From positions 1 through 55,488 of the forward strand of contig NW_021833709.1 in the NCBI RefSeq assembly GCF_006345805.1: a stretch of 55,488 nt of DNA. Direction: 5' to 3'. This document shows, one piece after another, positions 39,047-51,000 of the stretch (the stretch's first letter is position 1; each line of letters begins with the position of its first letter). The position numbers and the translations under genes were made by a program. A model generated the notes under the pieces. That model was not told the origin of the DNA. It worked only from the letters and a program-made list of their open reading frames with translations, and did not search any database. This DNA is from Octopus sinensis. Lineage: Eukaryota.

Positions 39047-39391
39047 AGCGTCGTTTCTATACAATAATTCAATGAACAGAATGCTCGCCGTCGATATTGA
39101 CGGATGACCGTTTATATAGGTCGTTATTTCATATCTATTTCTGGTACTTCGTTGTACTGGAGAGGTAATTTTTTTTTAACATCACCACCGTTCGCCTAAT
39201 GTTACGAAGGGATAGTTATAAAAGCATAAAACCAATGTCTAGAGATGAATCTACTAGATCAGTCTTTTCTTCCGTAGATCATAGACTACGCATCAGATTA
39301 CCTATCTTTGGTAAGGATTAGGACTCGGATCATTTACTAGTTTTTCGTCATTCCAATGCGACCATTCTGGGGCATTGTATACAAATGTGGA

Positions 39392-39635
39392 AGCGCGTAG
39401 CTTAGTGGTTAGGGTGTTGGATTCATGATCATAAGATTGTGGTTTCGATTCCTGGACTGGGCAACGCGTTGCGCTCTTGAGCAAAACACTTCATTTCACG
39501 TTGCTCCAGTCCACTCAGCCGGCAAAAATGAGTAACGCTGCGATGGACTGGCGTCCCGTCCAGCTAGGGAACACATACGCCATAGAAACCGGGAAATCGG
39601 CCCCATGAGCCTGGCTAGGCTTTAAAAGGGCGCAT
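39392..39635 (+). mobile_element. SINE with family C head and V-domain-like tail
   Basis: gctcttgagcaaaacacttcatttcacgttgctccag followed by gcgatggactggcgtcccgtccag. Confidence 0.75.
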
Positions 39636-40055
39636 TTATTTTATTTTACTTATTGTATCACTTTCTTGCCAAACTACTTATTTACTGCTGCATAAACAAA
39701 CCAACACCGGTTGGTGGACAATATATACGCCATGGAAACCGGGAAACCAGCCCTTATGGGTCGGTATGACTCGTGATGCGTGTGTGTGCGTTTGCGCTCC
39801 ACCACTGCTTGGCAACCGGTGTTGGTGTGTTTATGTCCTCGTATATTAGCGGTTCGGCAAACGAGACGATACCAGGCTTTAAAAAAATAAGTACTGAGGT
39901 TGATTCGTTCGACTAAAGTTCTTCAAGGCAGTGCTCCAGCATGGCTGCTGTCTACTGACTGAACATAGTAAAAGATAAAAGATAAAAAAAATGTTCGCAT
40001 ACACTCGGACATGGAAAGACATGCGCTGCCAAAATTGTCTCGAGAGAAAATCCTC

Positions 40056-40483
40056 GGATCTCTTCAGTTTGAACGGCAGTTTTTTCTAGCGGTGTCATAT
40101 GAAATTGTCACCCATAATTATAACCCTAGTATCGATCTATTGCATTTCAATCTGTTTTAGGGTTAGGGTTAGTTAGGGTTAGGGGTGGGGGGAAGGGTAT
40201 CTTTTTTTTTCACAAATGTAAATAAACCCAATCTGTTTCTTAAACGAGGGACATATTCATACGGCACAGAATGCTTTTTTTACCTCAATAGACGTATTTG
40301 ATTGGTTGAAGTTGCAGAAATTGAAGAAGAAAACCAACAAATATCTTACAAACTATAGAATTTTCTCAATAAAGCCAAGAGAAAAAGATGTTTTATAAAC
40401 ACATTCTACAAGTATACGAAATTTAAAATTTTTTAGTTACCTAGAAATTATGTTAAAAACTGCCGTTCAAACCGAAAAGATCC
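40056..40483. mobile_element. MITE copy 4, TSD aaatcctc, nested in an older fold-back element (~39990-40775)
   Basis: TSD at 40048-40055 and 40484-40491; outer imperfect inverted repeats atgttcgcatacac...tgtctcgagagaaaa. Confidence 0.88.
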
Positions 40484-41056
40484 AAATCCTCCTTATAAAC
40501 AATGTCTGAAAACACTACTGAACAATGAATGACGTCATCGGATCGTAGGACACAGGTAATTCAGCGTCGTTGCATGTCGTCAGCCACAGATATTTAGTCA
40601 TTCTTCAAAGCCGCTAACAACAGCTTGTTCTTATAGTAGAGCAGTAAACAGACCGATGACGTCATTTGTAGCCCAATGCTGTCTTTTCACACATATTGTC
40701 TATATGGAAAAATTTTTTCTCTCGAGACAGCTTCTGTAGCGTATCTCTTTCTATGTTCGGCTGTACACGAACATGTTAAATATGGATGTGCACACCTATA
40801 GTTTATTCGACACTGCTTCGTTTGCCATCAGTTATATAATTCCAGATTGACTAAGCTTTGCGCACAAAAGCCAATGTACCATTAGCTGTTCTAATATAAT
40901 AAAAAAACTTGGTATAGTAGCTATGAAAGAACGACACAGAATCCGTAGCTGATGACGCGCAACGACGCAGAAACATATGCGTCCTTTGATCCAGGGACGT
41001 AACTCGTAATCTAATGGTATGTTTTCCTTACATTATCTATAAAGAGAAATTTTTTC

Positions 41057-41278
41057 TTTTACTCTTTACTCTTTTACTTGTTTCAGTCATTTGACTGTGG
41101 CCATGCTGGAGCACCGCCTTTAGTCGAGCAAATCGACCCCAGGACTTATTCTTTGTGGGCCTAGTACTTATTCTATCGGTCTCTTTTGCCGAACTGCTAA
41201 GTTACGGGGACGTAAACACACCAGCATCGGTTGTCAAGCGATGTTGGGGAGACAAACACAGACACACGCACACACACA

Positions 41279-41366
<88 letters not shown>

Positions 41367-41520
41367 TACGACAAGCTTCTTTCAGTTTCCGTCTACCAAA
41401 TCCACTCACACGGCTTTGGTCGGCCCGAGGCTATAGCAGAAGACACTTGCTCAAGGTGCCACGCAGTGGGACCGAACTCGGAACCATGTGGTTCGTAAGC
41501 AAGCTACTTACCACACAGCT
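41057..41520 (-). mobile_element. SINE family A
   Basis: Near-consensus. Confidence 0.88.
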
Positions 41521-41706
41521 ACGGGGCAATTTCTGCAGCGTATGTCTTTCCTTGTCCGAATATACACAGACGTGATAAATATGATTGAAAAATACCTTTG
41601 ATACAATCAACTGACCTATTTCTGAATATTGACAGACAAGAGAACAACTGCAAGAACAAAAGTCATGTATCAATAAATAAATAAATAAATAAATAAATAA
41701 ATATGA

Positions 41707-41777
<71 letters not shown>

Positions 41778-41909
41778 GGAATTATACGTATTCACGAGAA
41801 GAAGGAACGTTCTCTTTATTGATGGAAGGTTTCAAATCATTTTGAACTGGAGATGTCTTCTTAAAATAGAAATTTGGCTTTTAAAATAGAAATTGAAAAT
41901 AAGAAAAAG

Positions 41910-42325
41910 AAGGGCTGGGTGGTAAGAAGTTTGCTTTCCAACCACATGGTTTCGGTTTCCGTCTACTGATTGGGCACCTTCTAATATAGTCTCGGGCCAA
42001 CGAAAGGCCTTATGAATGGATTTGGTAGACGGTAACTGAAAGAAACCTGTCGTGTGTGACCGCATGTGTACCGTTGGCGATTTTATTCCCTCCGTCTTCC
42101 CTTCTTTGGATCTTTCCTTTTCCTATGTTTCTGACGAAGAGCTCCGCTCGAAACGTTAAACCCTCCTTCTTTCCTTCTTCCCTGAGCGTCCAATAATACT
42201 ATATTTGTTCCACGTCCACGCGTTGTTGTGTTTTCTCTTAGTGGTTTCATGTTTGGATTAACTATATATATATATTATATATATATATATATGTATGTAT
42301 GTATGTATATATGTATGTATGTATG

Positions 42326-42358
<33 letters not shown>

Positions 42359-42665
42359 GTATGTATGTATGTATGATGTATGTATGTATGTATGTAGTAT
42401 GTATGTATGTATGTATGTATGTATGTATGTATGTATGTATGTATGTATGTATGTATGTGTGCGTGTGTGTGTGTGTGATCACCGCATGACAATTGGTGTT
42501 GGTGTGTTTAACATAGCGGCCGGCAAAAGAAACCGACAGAATAAGTACCAATCTTAAAAAAAAATATATAAGTACTAGGTTTGAATCATTCGACTTAAAG
42601 TTCTTCATAGCAGTACTCCAGCATGGTCGCAATCAGATGACTGAAAGAATGTAAAGGATAAAAGA
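41910..42665 (+). mobile_element. SINE family A interrupted by a hammerhead-bearing unit (~42058-42262)
   Basis: Head/core at 41910-42055, tail at 42475-42665. Confidence 0.7.
42127..42161 (+). ncRNA. Minimal type I hammerhead motif, identical to 8539-8573
   Basis: gttt-CTGACGA-a-gagctccgctc-GAAA-cgt-t-aaac. Confidence 0.82.
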
Positions 42666-42905
42666 CTGAAGCTCAATTAATAATCCATTTAAGCGCAAGG
42701 TTGTAAGGGGACTTAGTCGATTAGATTAACCTCGGTGCGTGACTCGTTCTATTCCTATTTTATCGACGCCGGTGGATGAAATGACAAGTCGACATCGGCG
42801 GAATTTGAACTCCGAATGTAAAGCCAAGAGAAAAGCTATTAACTGTTTTGTTCGGCGCGGTTATGTTCCTACCTTCTCGCCGCCTTAGAAACTATTTTTA
42901 TCATA

Positions 42906-43727
42906 CAGTAATCCCTCGACATTTCGCGGTTCACCTATCTTTTTCTACTCTAGGCACAAGGCCCGAAAGTTTGGCGGGAGGGGGGGTCAGTCGATTAGAT
43001 CGACCCCAGTGCGTAACTGGTACTTAATTTATCGACCCTGAAAGGATGACAGGCAAAGTCGACCTCGGCGGAATTTGAACTCAGAACGTAAAGACAGACG
43101 AAATACCTATTTCTTTACTACCCACAAGGGGCTAAACACAGAGAGGACAAACAAGGACAGGCAAAGAGATTAAGTCGATGACATCGACCCCAGTGCGTAA
43201 CTGGTACTTATTTAATCGACCCCGAAAGGATGAAAGGCAAAGTTGAACTCGGCGGAATTTGAACTCAGAACGTAAAGACAGACGAAATACCTATTTCTTT
43301 ACTACCCAGAAGGGACTAAACACAGAGAGGACAAACAAGGACAGGCAAACGGATTAAGTCGATTATATCGTCCCAAGTGCGCAACTGGTACTTATTTAAT
43401 TGACCCCGAAAGGATGAAAGGCAAAGTCGAACTCGGCGGAATTTGAACTCAGAACGTAACAGCAGACGAAATACCGCTAAGCATTTTGCCCGGCGTGCTA
43501 ACGTGTCTGCCAGCTCGCCGCCTCATCGCGGTTTACTATTTAAGCTTACGTCGATTCCTCCGTGGTGTTGTTTTGCATTTATAATAAAATAAATATATGG
43601 AAATTATAAAAATAATTTTAAAAAAATATATACAGTAGAGTACTGTTTCTACTTCGGGGATTTTCACTATTGCCGGGAGTGGGGTGGGGGGTGGAACGTA
43701 ACACCCGCGATAGTCGAGGGATTACTG
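42906..43727. mobile_element. pogo/Tigger-like MITE (TIR cagtaatccctcgac, TA TSD) carrying a trimeric family B SINE (42935-43525, minus)
   Basis: TA-cagtaatccctcgac at 42904-42920; gtcgagggattactg-TA at 43713-43729. Confidence 0.8.
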
Positions 43728-43872
43728 TACTCCGGTGTGGCCTTTGGTGTGATGGCTAATATAAAAAGAAGAAAGGAGGGAAGAAATATGTGAAGATTTC
43801 TGACCGAAATTATACAATTCCTTCTCTCCTTAGGGCGCGCGCACACACAAACACACACACACACAAACACAC

Positions 43873-43904
<32 letters not shown>

Positions 43905-44390
43905 ACACACACACACACACACACAACACACACGCACACGCACACGCACACGCACGCACACCACGCAAAATAACTTATTTTGTTAACTTTATTGCACAAC
44001 AAAGGATGAGTGTCGCCCGCCATATAATATTTCTAAACTATCTCCCATACTCTGCTGTTTTATTGAAACAATACGTCACGTGTGTAAACCACAACAACAA
44101 ATCAGATACAAAACAATGTAAAATGATAAAAAAATAATTGTTTTAAATGATTAAAAAAACAACATACTAAATGAAAGAGGAAACGAACTAATATCAAACA
44201 ACGACGCCGCCTGTTCTTTGATACGTCCCACCACCACCCAACGAATAATAGTAATTCTTCAAAAGGATACCAGATTAAGTTAATCAAATCAGCATTTGAA
44301 ACTTCATTAAATCTTGCAATTATTTCATTGTGTAATAACTATATGACAACAACAACAACAGCAATAACAGCAACTATAATATTATCAGCC

Positions 44391-44560
44391 ACAGGCGCAG
44401 ACATGGCTGTCAAACTGAGAAGCTTGTATTCCAAACGCGTGGTTTCGTGTCCAGTCCAGTCCTTCTGCGCGGTACATAGGACAAGAGTCTTCTGCTATAG
44501 CTCCCGAACAACCGATGCCTTGCGAGTAGATTAGGTGGACGAAAGCTGTCGCTTGAGCAT
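44391..44560 (+). mobile_element. SINE family A, 5' half, diverged
   Basis: caggcgcagacatggctgtc...caagagtcttctgctatagc. Confidence 0.65.
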
Positions 44561-44587
44561 ACATACATACATACATACATACATACA

Positions 44588-44620
<33 letters not shown>

Positions 44621-44624
44621 GATA

Positions 44625-45234
44625 GCTGCCCCCTCGTTATCGAGTATGGCCTTTGCACGAAGCTTAATTGTTATTGGTGCTGTGATCGAATGTGACTTTT
44701 ATTTGCTTTTTAAGGCTACAGCCAGCTATTCAGTTGAGACTCACAGCACTATCAACAATCATGAAGAATGTTGCTATCGTGCAATTCCTGTGCAAGAAGA
44801 TTTTTTTAAAGTGAGGAAAGGCTGTGCACTGAGTCAATCCCACTCACTAAGCAACAGCAGCCATAATCCGAAAAGAAAAACAAGTCAACATCACCGGTAA
44901 CCACTGAGCCGCAGGTTTTATGTCGGAGTTATCCCAGTTACCTGAGTTACCTTCTCCTAGAAGGATGCCCTAACAAAGGCTAGGAGTCTTTCACTCCCAA
45001 TGGTTTAACCGCGCGATCAGGTATCCAATCCGATTATTTCTATGTCCCCGCGCATGATACAGCCTTAAGACATTTATTGGATGGCCGTTGACTCTCAAGA
45101 GTTCCTCCGCCCTTTGACGGGTTTTTGTTTTTTATCCCGTAGGGTGTCCAATAAACACCCTCCTCACCAAGTAAGCTTGGTGGGTTGTCGGTTTAGACGC
45201 CGACGGCCTGACCATGCAACAGGTACATACATAC
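44625..45234 (-). mobile_element. Probable 5' end of an RTE-type LINE (structured leader, decayed APE start)
   Basis: Motif gggcatccttctaggagaaggtaactc resembles RTE leaders; downstream NCTIATF resembles the APE IATFN start. Inference from family knowledge. Confidence 0.5.
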
Positions 45235-45365
45235 ATACATACATACATACATACATACATACATACACATACATACATACATACATACATACAGAGATTG
45301 CTAGCCACTAAAACTTTTTAATTTTCTCTCTCTGTTTTTTTCCATCCCTGTTTATTTCTGTGTTC

Positions 45366-45401
45366 TTTTCTGTCGAAGAGCGCAGGCTCGAAACGTAAAA
45401 G
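45366..45401 (+). ncRNA. Hammerhead-like motif with core variant CUGUCGA
   Basis: tttt-CTGTCGA-a-gagc(gcag)gctc-GAAA-cgt-a-aaag, inside a ~200-bp unit flanked by (CATA)n. Confidence 0.55.
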
Positions 45402-45612
45402 ACTTTCTCACTTCCTGAGCGTTAAACTAATATATCTGTTTGTTGTTTACACACCCGTCTTCGTCTTTTGTATTTTTTTTTTGCAAATTCTCACTACATG
45501 CATGCATACATACATACATACTTAAAGCAAAACATACAAATCTGTACACATACATACATACATACATACATACATACATACATACATACATACATACATA
45601 CATACATACATA

Positions 45613-45941
45613 CCACAAGAGAACTGATATAATGATTTTGGATAGAGAAGAGAAACTGTGCACAGTTGTGGAAATTAGCTGCCCAACGGATGCTAACATA
45701 AAGCTGAAGGTCAATGTAAAAGAGAACACCTATGCTGAACTACTGAGAAATCTACAGTTACGAAATCCAGATTACAAGTTCAGGTTTATACCTGTAACTA
45801 TTAGGGCCCTGGGATATGTAACACACCGCCTAAATACCAATCTTGAGAAACTAGGCTTCTCAAAATTCGAGGACTATAGATCCAATCCATCACTGGAACT
45901 GTAAAAAGTCTGTAAAGCTTTCCAAAAGTTTATCATTTAAA
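45613..45941 (+). pseudogene. 3' end of a non-LTR retrotransposon with restriction-like endonuclease (R4/Hero/NeSL-type)
   Basis: RTDIMILDREEKLCTVVEISCP...KENTYAEL...FIPVTIRALG (PD..E..CP..KY pattern), ending GTVKVCKAFQKFII* after a frameshift. Confidence 0.8.
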
Positions 45942-45944
45942 TAT

Positions 45945-47297
45945 ATATGAGGAAATGACAAGTGAATGGTCAGCTCGAAAATGGTTCAAACGATTTCGTA
46001 GGGGAGACCTGAGCCTTGAAGATCGTGAGCGTAGTGGACGCTCATCTGTCATCGATGACGGTCAATTAAAGACAGTCATTGAGAAAGATCTGTGTAAAAC
46101 CACTCGTGAATTGGTAAAAGAACTCCAAGTTAGCCAGAAAACCTCTGCAACCATTTGCTTGCGGCCGGAAAAAAAAAAGCTCGACAAATGGGTAACACAC
46201 GATTTGAATGAAAATCAGAAAATGCGCAGATATTTGCTCGTCGTTTCTCTGTAACTAGACCGATCAATTTCTCGACCGTATTTTAACTTGCGATGAAAAG
46301 TGGATTCTGTACAATAATAAAAAAAAACGTCCTTCGTAATGGTTGGACCAAAATGAAGCACCGAAAACCTTCCCTAAACCCAACCTCTTCAAAAAGAAGG
46401 CTATGGTGAATGTCTGGTGGTGTACTGCTGGATTCATCCACTATAACTTCTGAAAACCAGGAAAAACCATTACTGCAGAAACATATTGCCACGAAATTGC
46501 CAAAATAAACGAAAAACTGCTACTCCTCCGTCCCAGACTGGTCAACAGAAGAGGGCCAATCATTGTTCATAAGAATACTCCTCCACACGTTTCACTAATG
46601 GTGCTCCAGAAGTTGAGGAAACTTGGCTACGAAGTTCTTCCCCACCCAACTTATTCCCCAGATCTGTGTCCTACCAGTTTCCGCTTTTTCAAGCACCTTG
46701 ATGGTTTCCTGCGAGTGAAGGAGTTCACTAATCAAACCGATGCTGAAAGAGCGTTCAAAAAGTTCTTCAGCTGCAGAACTCCAGATTTTTATGTTACCGG
46801 AATAAACAAACTTGTAACTCGTTGGCAAAAATGTGCTGATTGTAATGGTACTTACTTTGGAGGTAGGTGACTCTGCACCAGTGCAGAATCACCTCCCTCC
46901 GACAAGTCATCCTAACGAGACGTCTGCGTTGGCTGGGTCATGCCCTGCGTCGTTAACCAGGAGAATTCGTCTACGAAGCAATTGTCCCAGCTCCTCTTCA
47001 AGGTTGGCGAAAGCGATGTGGTGGACAACGAAAAACCTGGCTGATGACTGTCAAGGCTGATCTGGATCCCAACCTAGGCCTCCATATCTATGGCGTTCAC
47101 CGCTGGAATAAGGAGTTGTTGGAGATCACGCGGTCGTTAGCCTCAAATCGCCAGGCCTGGTCGGCGTTTGTGAGAGATACAGCATTGAGGATGAATGAAA
47201 CCAGCTCAACCCACCCCGGGTGAATGCTGTCAAGTCAGTCAGTCAGTACTTACTTTGATAAATAAAATGTCCACATTGTTGAAATATCTTAGCCTAA
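45945..47297 (+). pseudogene. Mariner (Hsmar1/cecropia-like) transposase pseudogene, 5'-truncated, RTE inserted near the stop
   Basis: RKWFKRF..GRS, FLDRILTCDEKW, VWW, HKN (D to K), YSPDLCPTS (D to S), RWQKCADCNGTYF|DK*; 2 in-frame stops; ends cctaa-TA. Confidence 0.92.
46860..47245 (+). mobile_element. 5'-truncated RTE LINE with (CAGT)n tail and 12-bp TSD gtacttactttg
   Basis: RRLRWLGHALRR*...GGQRKTW...NRQAWSAFV; TSD at 46848-46859 and 47246-47257. Confidence 0.9.
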
Positions 47298-47576
47298 TAT
47301 ATATGTATATATATATATACACACACACGATGGACTTCTTTCGAACTCCCTCTTTTACCAAAAGCCAATCCCATAGAATTGGTCAATTAAAAGGTGATTA
47401 TACTGGCAGTGACCCCAGCATGGCCACAGCCTCAGGACTGAAACATATAAAAGAATAAAAGTAATCGAGTCGATTTGTTTCGTCTTAACCATTTAAGCCG
47501 GTGCCCCAGCATGGCCGCAGTCCGATGACTAAAACAAGCAAAAGCTAAATTAAATAAGCAAACAAACAAATAGATA

Positions 47577-47762
47577 TGCGCAGGCGCGGCTGTGTGGTAT
47601 GAAGCTTACTTCCTAACCACATGGTTCCGGGTTCAATCCCACTGCTTGGCACCTTGGGCAAGTGTTTTCTACTACAGCCTCGGGCAGACCAAGACCATGG
47701 ATTTGGTAGAGGGAAACTGAAAGAAGCCCGTTCTATATCTCTCTTTCTATATATATATATAT

Positions 47763-47802
<40 letters not shown>

Positions 47803-48012
47803 TGTGTGTGCGTGCGTGTTTGTTCCCCAACGCCGCTTGACAATCAGTGTTGGTGTGTTTACGTCCCCGTAACCTAGCGGTCCGGCAAAAGGCGGGAGAG
47901 ATTAAGTATTATGCTTTAAAAATATGTCCTGGGGGTCGATTCGTTTGACTAAAAACCCCTCAAAAGTGGTGCCCCAGAATGGCCGGAGTCAAATGGCTGC
48001 GAACAAGTAAAA
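47577..48012 (+). mobile_element. SINE family A
   Basis: Head-core-(TG)n-tail. Confidence 0.8.
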
Positions 48013-48065
48013 GAATAAATAAATAAATAAAAGCAACGACACATTGTCAAACACAACAACGTACA

Positions 48066-48114
<49 letters not shown>

Positions 48115-48512
48115 ACACAAACACACACACACACATACACACACAAACACACACACACACATACACACACAAACACACACACACACTCACACACACGTTC
48201 GTATGAACGAACACAGGCACCGAAGAAAAACAGCCCGATAAAAATTTATTCAAAAAGCTCAGTTTAAAATACATTATGGAAAGGATCCATTACTATCTAA
48301 ATATTATTGTGAAAGCAATGCAAAACTGCTAACTTCTGTCATCTTCGTGTTTAAACGAAAGAATAACAGGAAACGGTTTATGCGAACGAATACAAATTTA
48401 CAAAAACAAATATTTATAAAGCGAAACAACAAACAGTTTAGAGTAAGAAAAAATGTTGTTATATAGTTTAGTAGAGTTGTGTAAACTTTGTTATCGCTGG
48501 TTCGAAATGTAC

Positions 48513-48903
48513 AGACGGATTAAGTCGATTACATCGATCCCAGTGCGTAACTGGTACTTAATTTATCGACCCGGAAAGGATGAAAGGCAAAGTCATCCTC
48601 GGCGGAATTTGAACTCAGAACGTAACGGCAGACGAAATACCGCTAAGCATTTCGCCCGGCGTGCTAACGTTTCTTATTTTTTTATTACCCACAAGGGGCT
48701 AAACATAGAGGGGACAAACAAGGACAGACAGACGGATTAAGTCGATTACATCGACCCCAGTGCGTAACTGGTGCTTAATTTATCGACCCCGAAGGATGAA
48801 AGGCAAAGTCATCCTCGGCGGAATTTGAACTCAGAACGTAGCGGCAGACGAAATACCGCTAAGCATTTCGCCGCGTGCTAACGTTTCTGCCAGCTCGCCG
48901 CCT
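48513..48903 (-). mobile_element. Dimeric family B SINE inside one 16-bp TSD (ctggttcgaaatgtac)
   Basis: TSD at 48497-48512 and 48904-48919. Confidence 0.88.
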
Positions 48904-49786
48904 CTGGTTCGAAATGTACCGTCGTACGTTATACAGTAATATTTGTGTAAACTTTGTAGTCGGTGGTTCGATTCGTGCCGACGGTTTAGTTTTTTTCCAG
49001 GTTCAAGACTACAGAGACATCGTTACGGTATTTACGATCGGCTTCGGCTCAGTACCCCATCGGCTTCGGCTGGAGGTAGGGAGCGAGTGGTGTACCCCCG
49101 AGTGTCGCTTTTATGGACAACACTTTCGGGTTATAAGGCATTTTCGAATCTACTACATCAGTCTTCGTTGTTTGTTTGTTGTCGAGTTGCGGTACGGCAA
49201 ACTCGAGGACTTCACCGGGTGTCACACACTCTAGCAACGTCACTATTTGGGTCATTTTTTGCTTTTCCGTGGACATTCAGTGACCTGAACTCATTGACTA
49301 CAGATGTGAGTAGCGAACGTCGAACAGCAAACAGCTAACCGCGAACTGCGAGCGGCAAACAGCAAACGACGGATGGCGAACGAACGTATGACCTTTACTC
49401 CTCGTGAACCGCTTGCGACCTGCAAACTCGTGGTCTGTCGGGGATAGGATCTCCGCCGATTTCGACGATGAATATTCACTTGTTCCATCAACTGAAATAC
49501 CTGCTCATTGAATTAGCGTAAAGTGGTTGAGTATTCCACGAACATCTGTACCTTTAACGTATATCTCAGATACAATCGGCATGACAGCGCCAAGGCTGGC
49601 CTCGCGAGTTTCCTCTCAGTTTCTATCTATCCAATTTTATTTTTGGTGAACCCGAAGTTTTAGTCAAAAAAACTATTATGATAGTAGTCAGGATAACACG
49701 CAGGGGCATCGGCCGTCGGATCTTGTTACTGCGAGGCGAAACTTCTTTAAACCCTGCTGACATTTTTAATATTTTTTACAACTACT

Positions 49787-50190
49787 AGGCGTAGGAGTGA
49801 CTGCGTGGTAAGTAGCTTGCTTACCAACCATATGGTTCCGGGTTCAGTCCCACTACGTGGCACCTTGGGCAAGTGTCTTCTACTATAGCCTCGGGCCGAC
49901 CAAAGCCTTGTGAGTGGATTTGGTAGACGGAAACTGAAAGAAGCCCGTCGTATATATGTATATATATATATGTGTGTGTATATATGTTTGTATGTCTGTG
50001 TTTGTCCCCCCCCAACATCGCTTGACAACCGATGCTGGTGTGTTTGCGTCCCCGTAAGTTAGCTGTTCGACAAAAGAAACCGATAGAATAAGTACCAGGC
50101 TTACAAAGAATAAGTCCTGGGGTCGATTTGCTCGACTAAAGGCGGTGCTCCAGCATGGCCACAGTTACATGACTGAAACAAGTAAAAGAG
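49787..50190 (+). mobile_element. SINE family A
   Basis: Near-consensus. Confidence 0.88.
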
Positions 50191-50369
50191 TACTATTACT
50201 ACAAACTATATGTAGACACTACATAAGCTAGAAATAACAGCCATGACGGCCTCAAACTACGGGGTGGGTTAAAGACCAACGATAACTACTAGAATTACTA
50301 CTATTTCTACTACTACTACTACAACTACAACTACTACTACTACTACTACTACTACTAAAACCACTAATG

Positions 50370-50401
<32 letters not shown>

Positions 50402-50438
50402 GCTACTACTACTACTATTACTGTTGCTGTTACTGCTA

Positions 50439-50483
<45 letters not shown>

Positions 50484-50869
50484 GCTACTACAGCAGTTTT
50501 GTCAACTGTGATAATAAGGGAGGGGGGAACTGGTTTGGCTGATAGGATCCCCTCCACTGGACCATGGTGAGTTCTCACGAACGACGCTACTCTCCATCTC
50601 TTGCTCTCCCTCATCTTGTCATTAGTGTCTTCGCGCAAATTTAAAGAGGAGGAGGAGGAGGAGGAGGAGAGGAGAAGCGGTGGACGGAGGAAGAGGGAGA
50701 GAGAGAGAAAGAGAGAGAGAGAAAGGAGGAGGAAGCAAAAAGGGAAAGGAAAAAAAGGAAGTTGAGGACGCTTAGGCAAAGGATTAGGGTAGGGGTGGTG
50801 GTTGAAGAAGTGTGGGGGTGGTGGTGGTGGTGGTGGTGGTGGGGGGTTCGACGGTTTTGAAGACGAGGT

Positions 50870-51000
50870 AGGGATGGGTTAGACGGGTGGTAGTGGGTTA
50901 ATAAGAGCGGGTGACGAGACGAGCGGCGCCGTGGTTATAAAGAGGTGTGACTCGCCGGAGAAAGCCAGGGTGGGATTGGCGGGACGGACGTGGAAAAAAA
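50870..51000 (-). promoter_or_regulatory. Candidate Pol II promoter (CCAAT/GC box + TATA) in a CpG-enriched segment
   Basis: Minus: ccgtcccgCCAATccc (~50975), then ctTTATAAccacggcgccg (~50935-50942); the only sizeable non-TE CpG-rich region. Motif match only. Confidence 0.3.
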
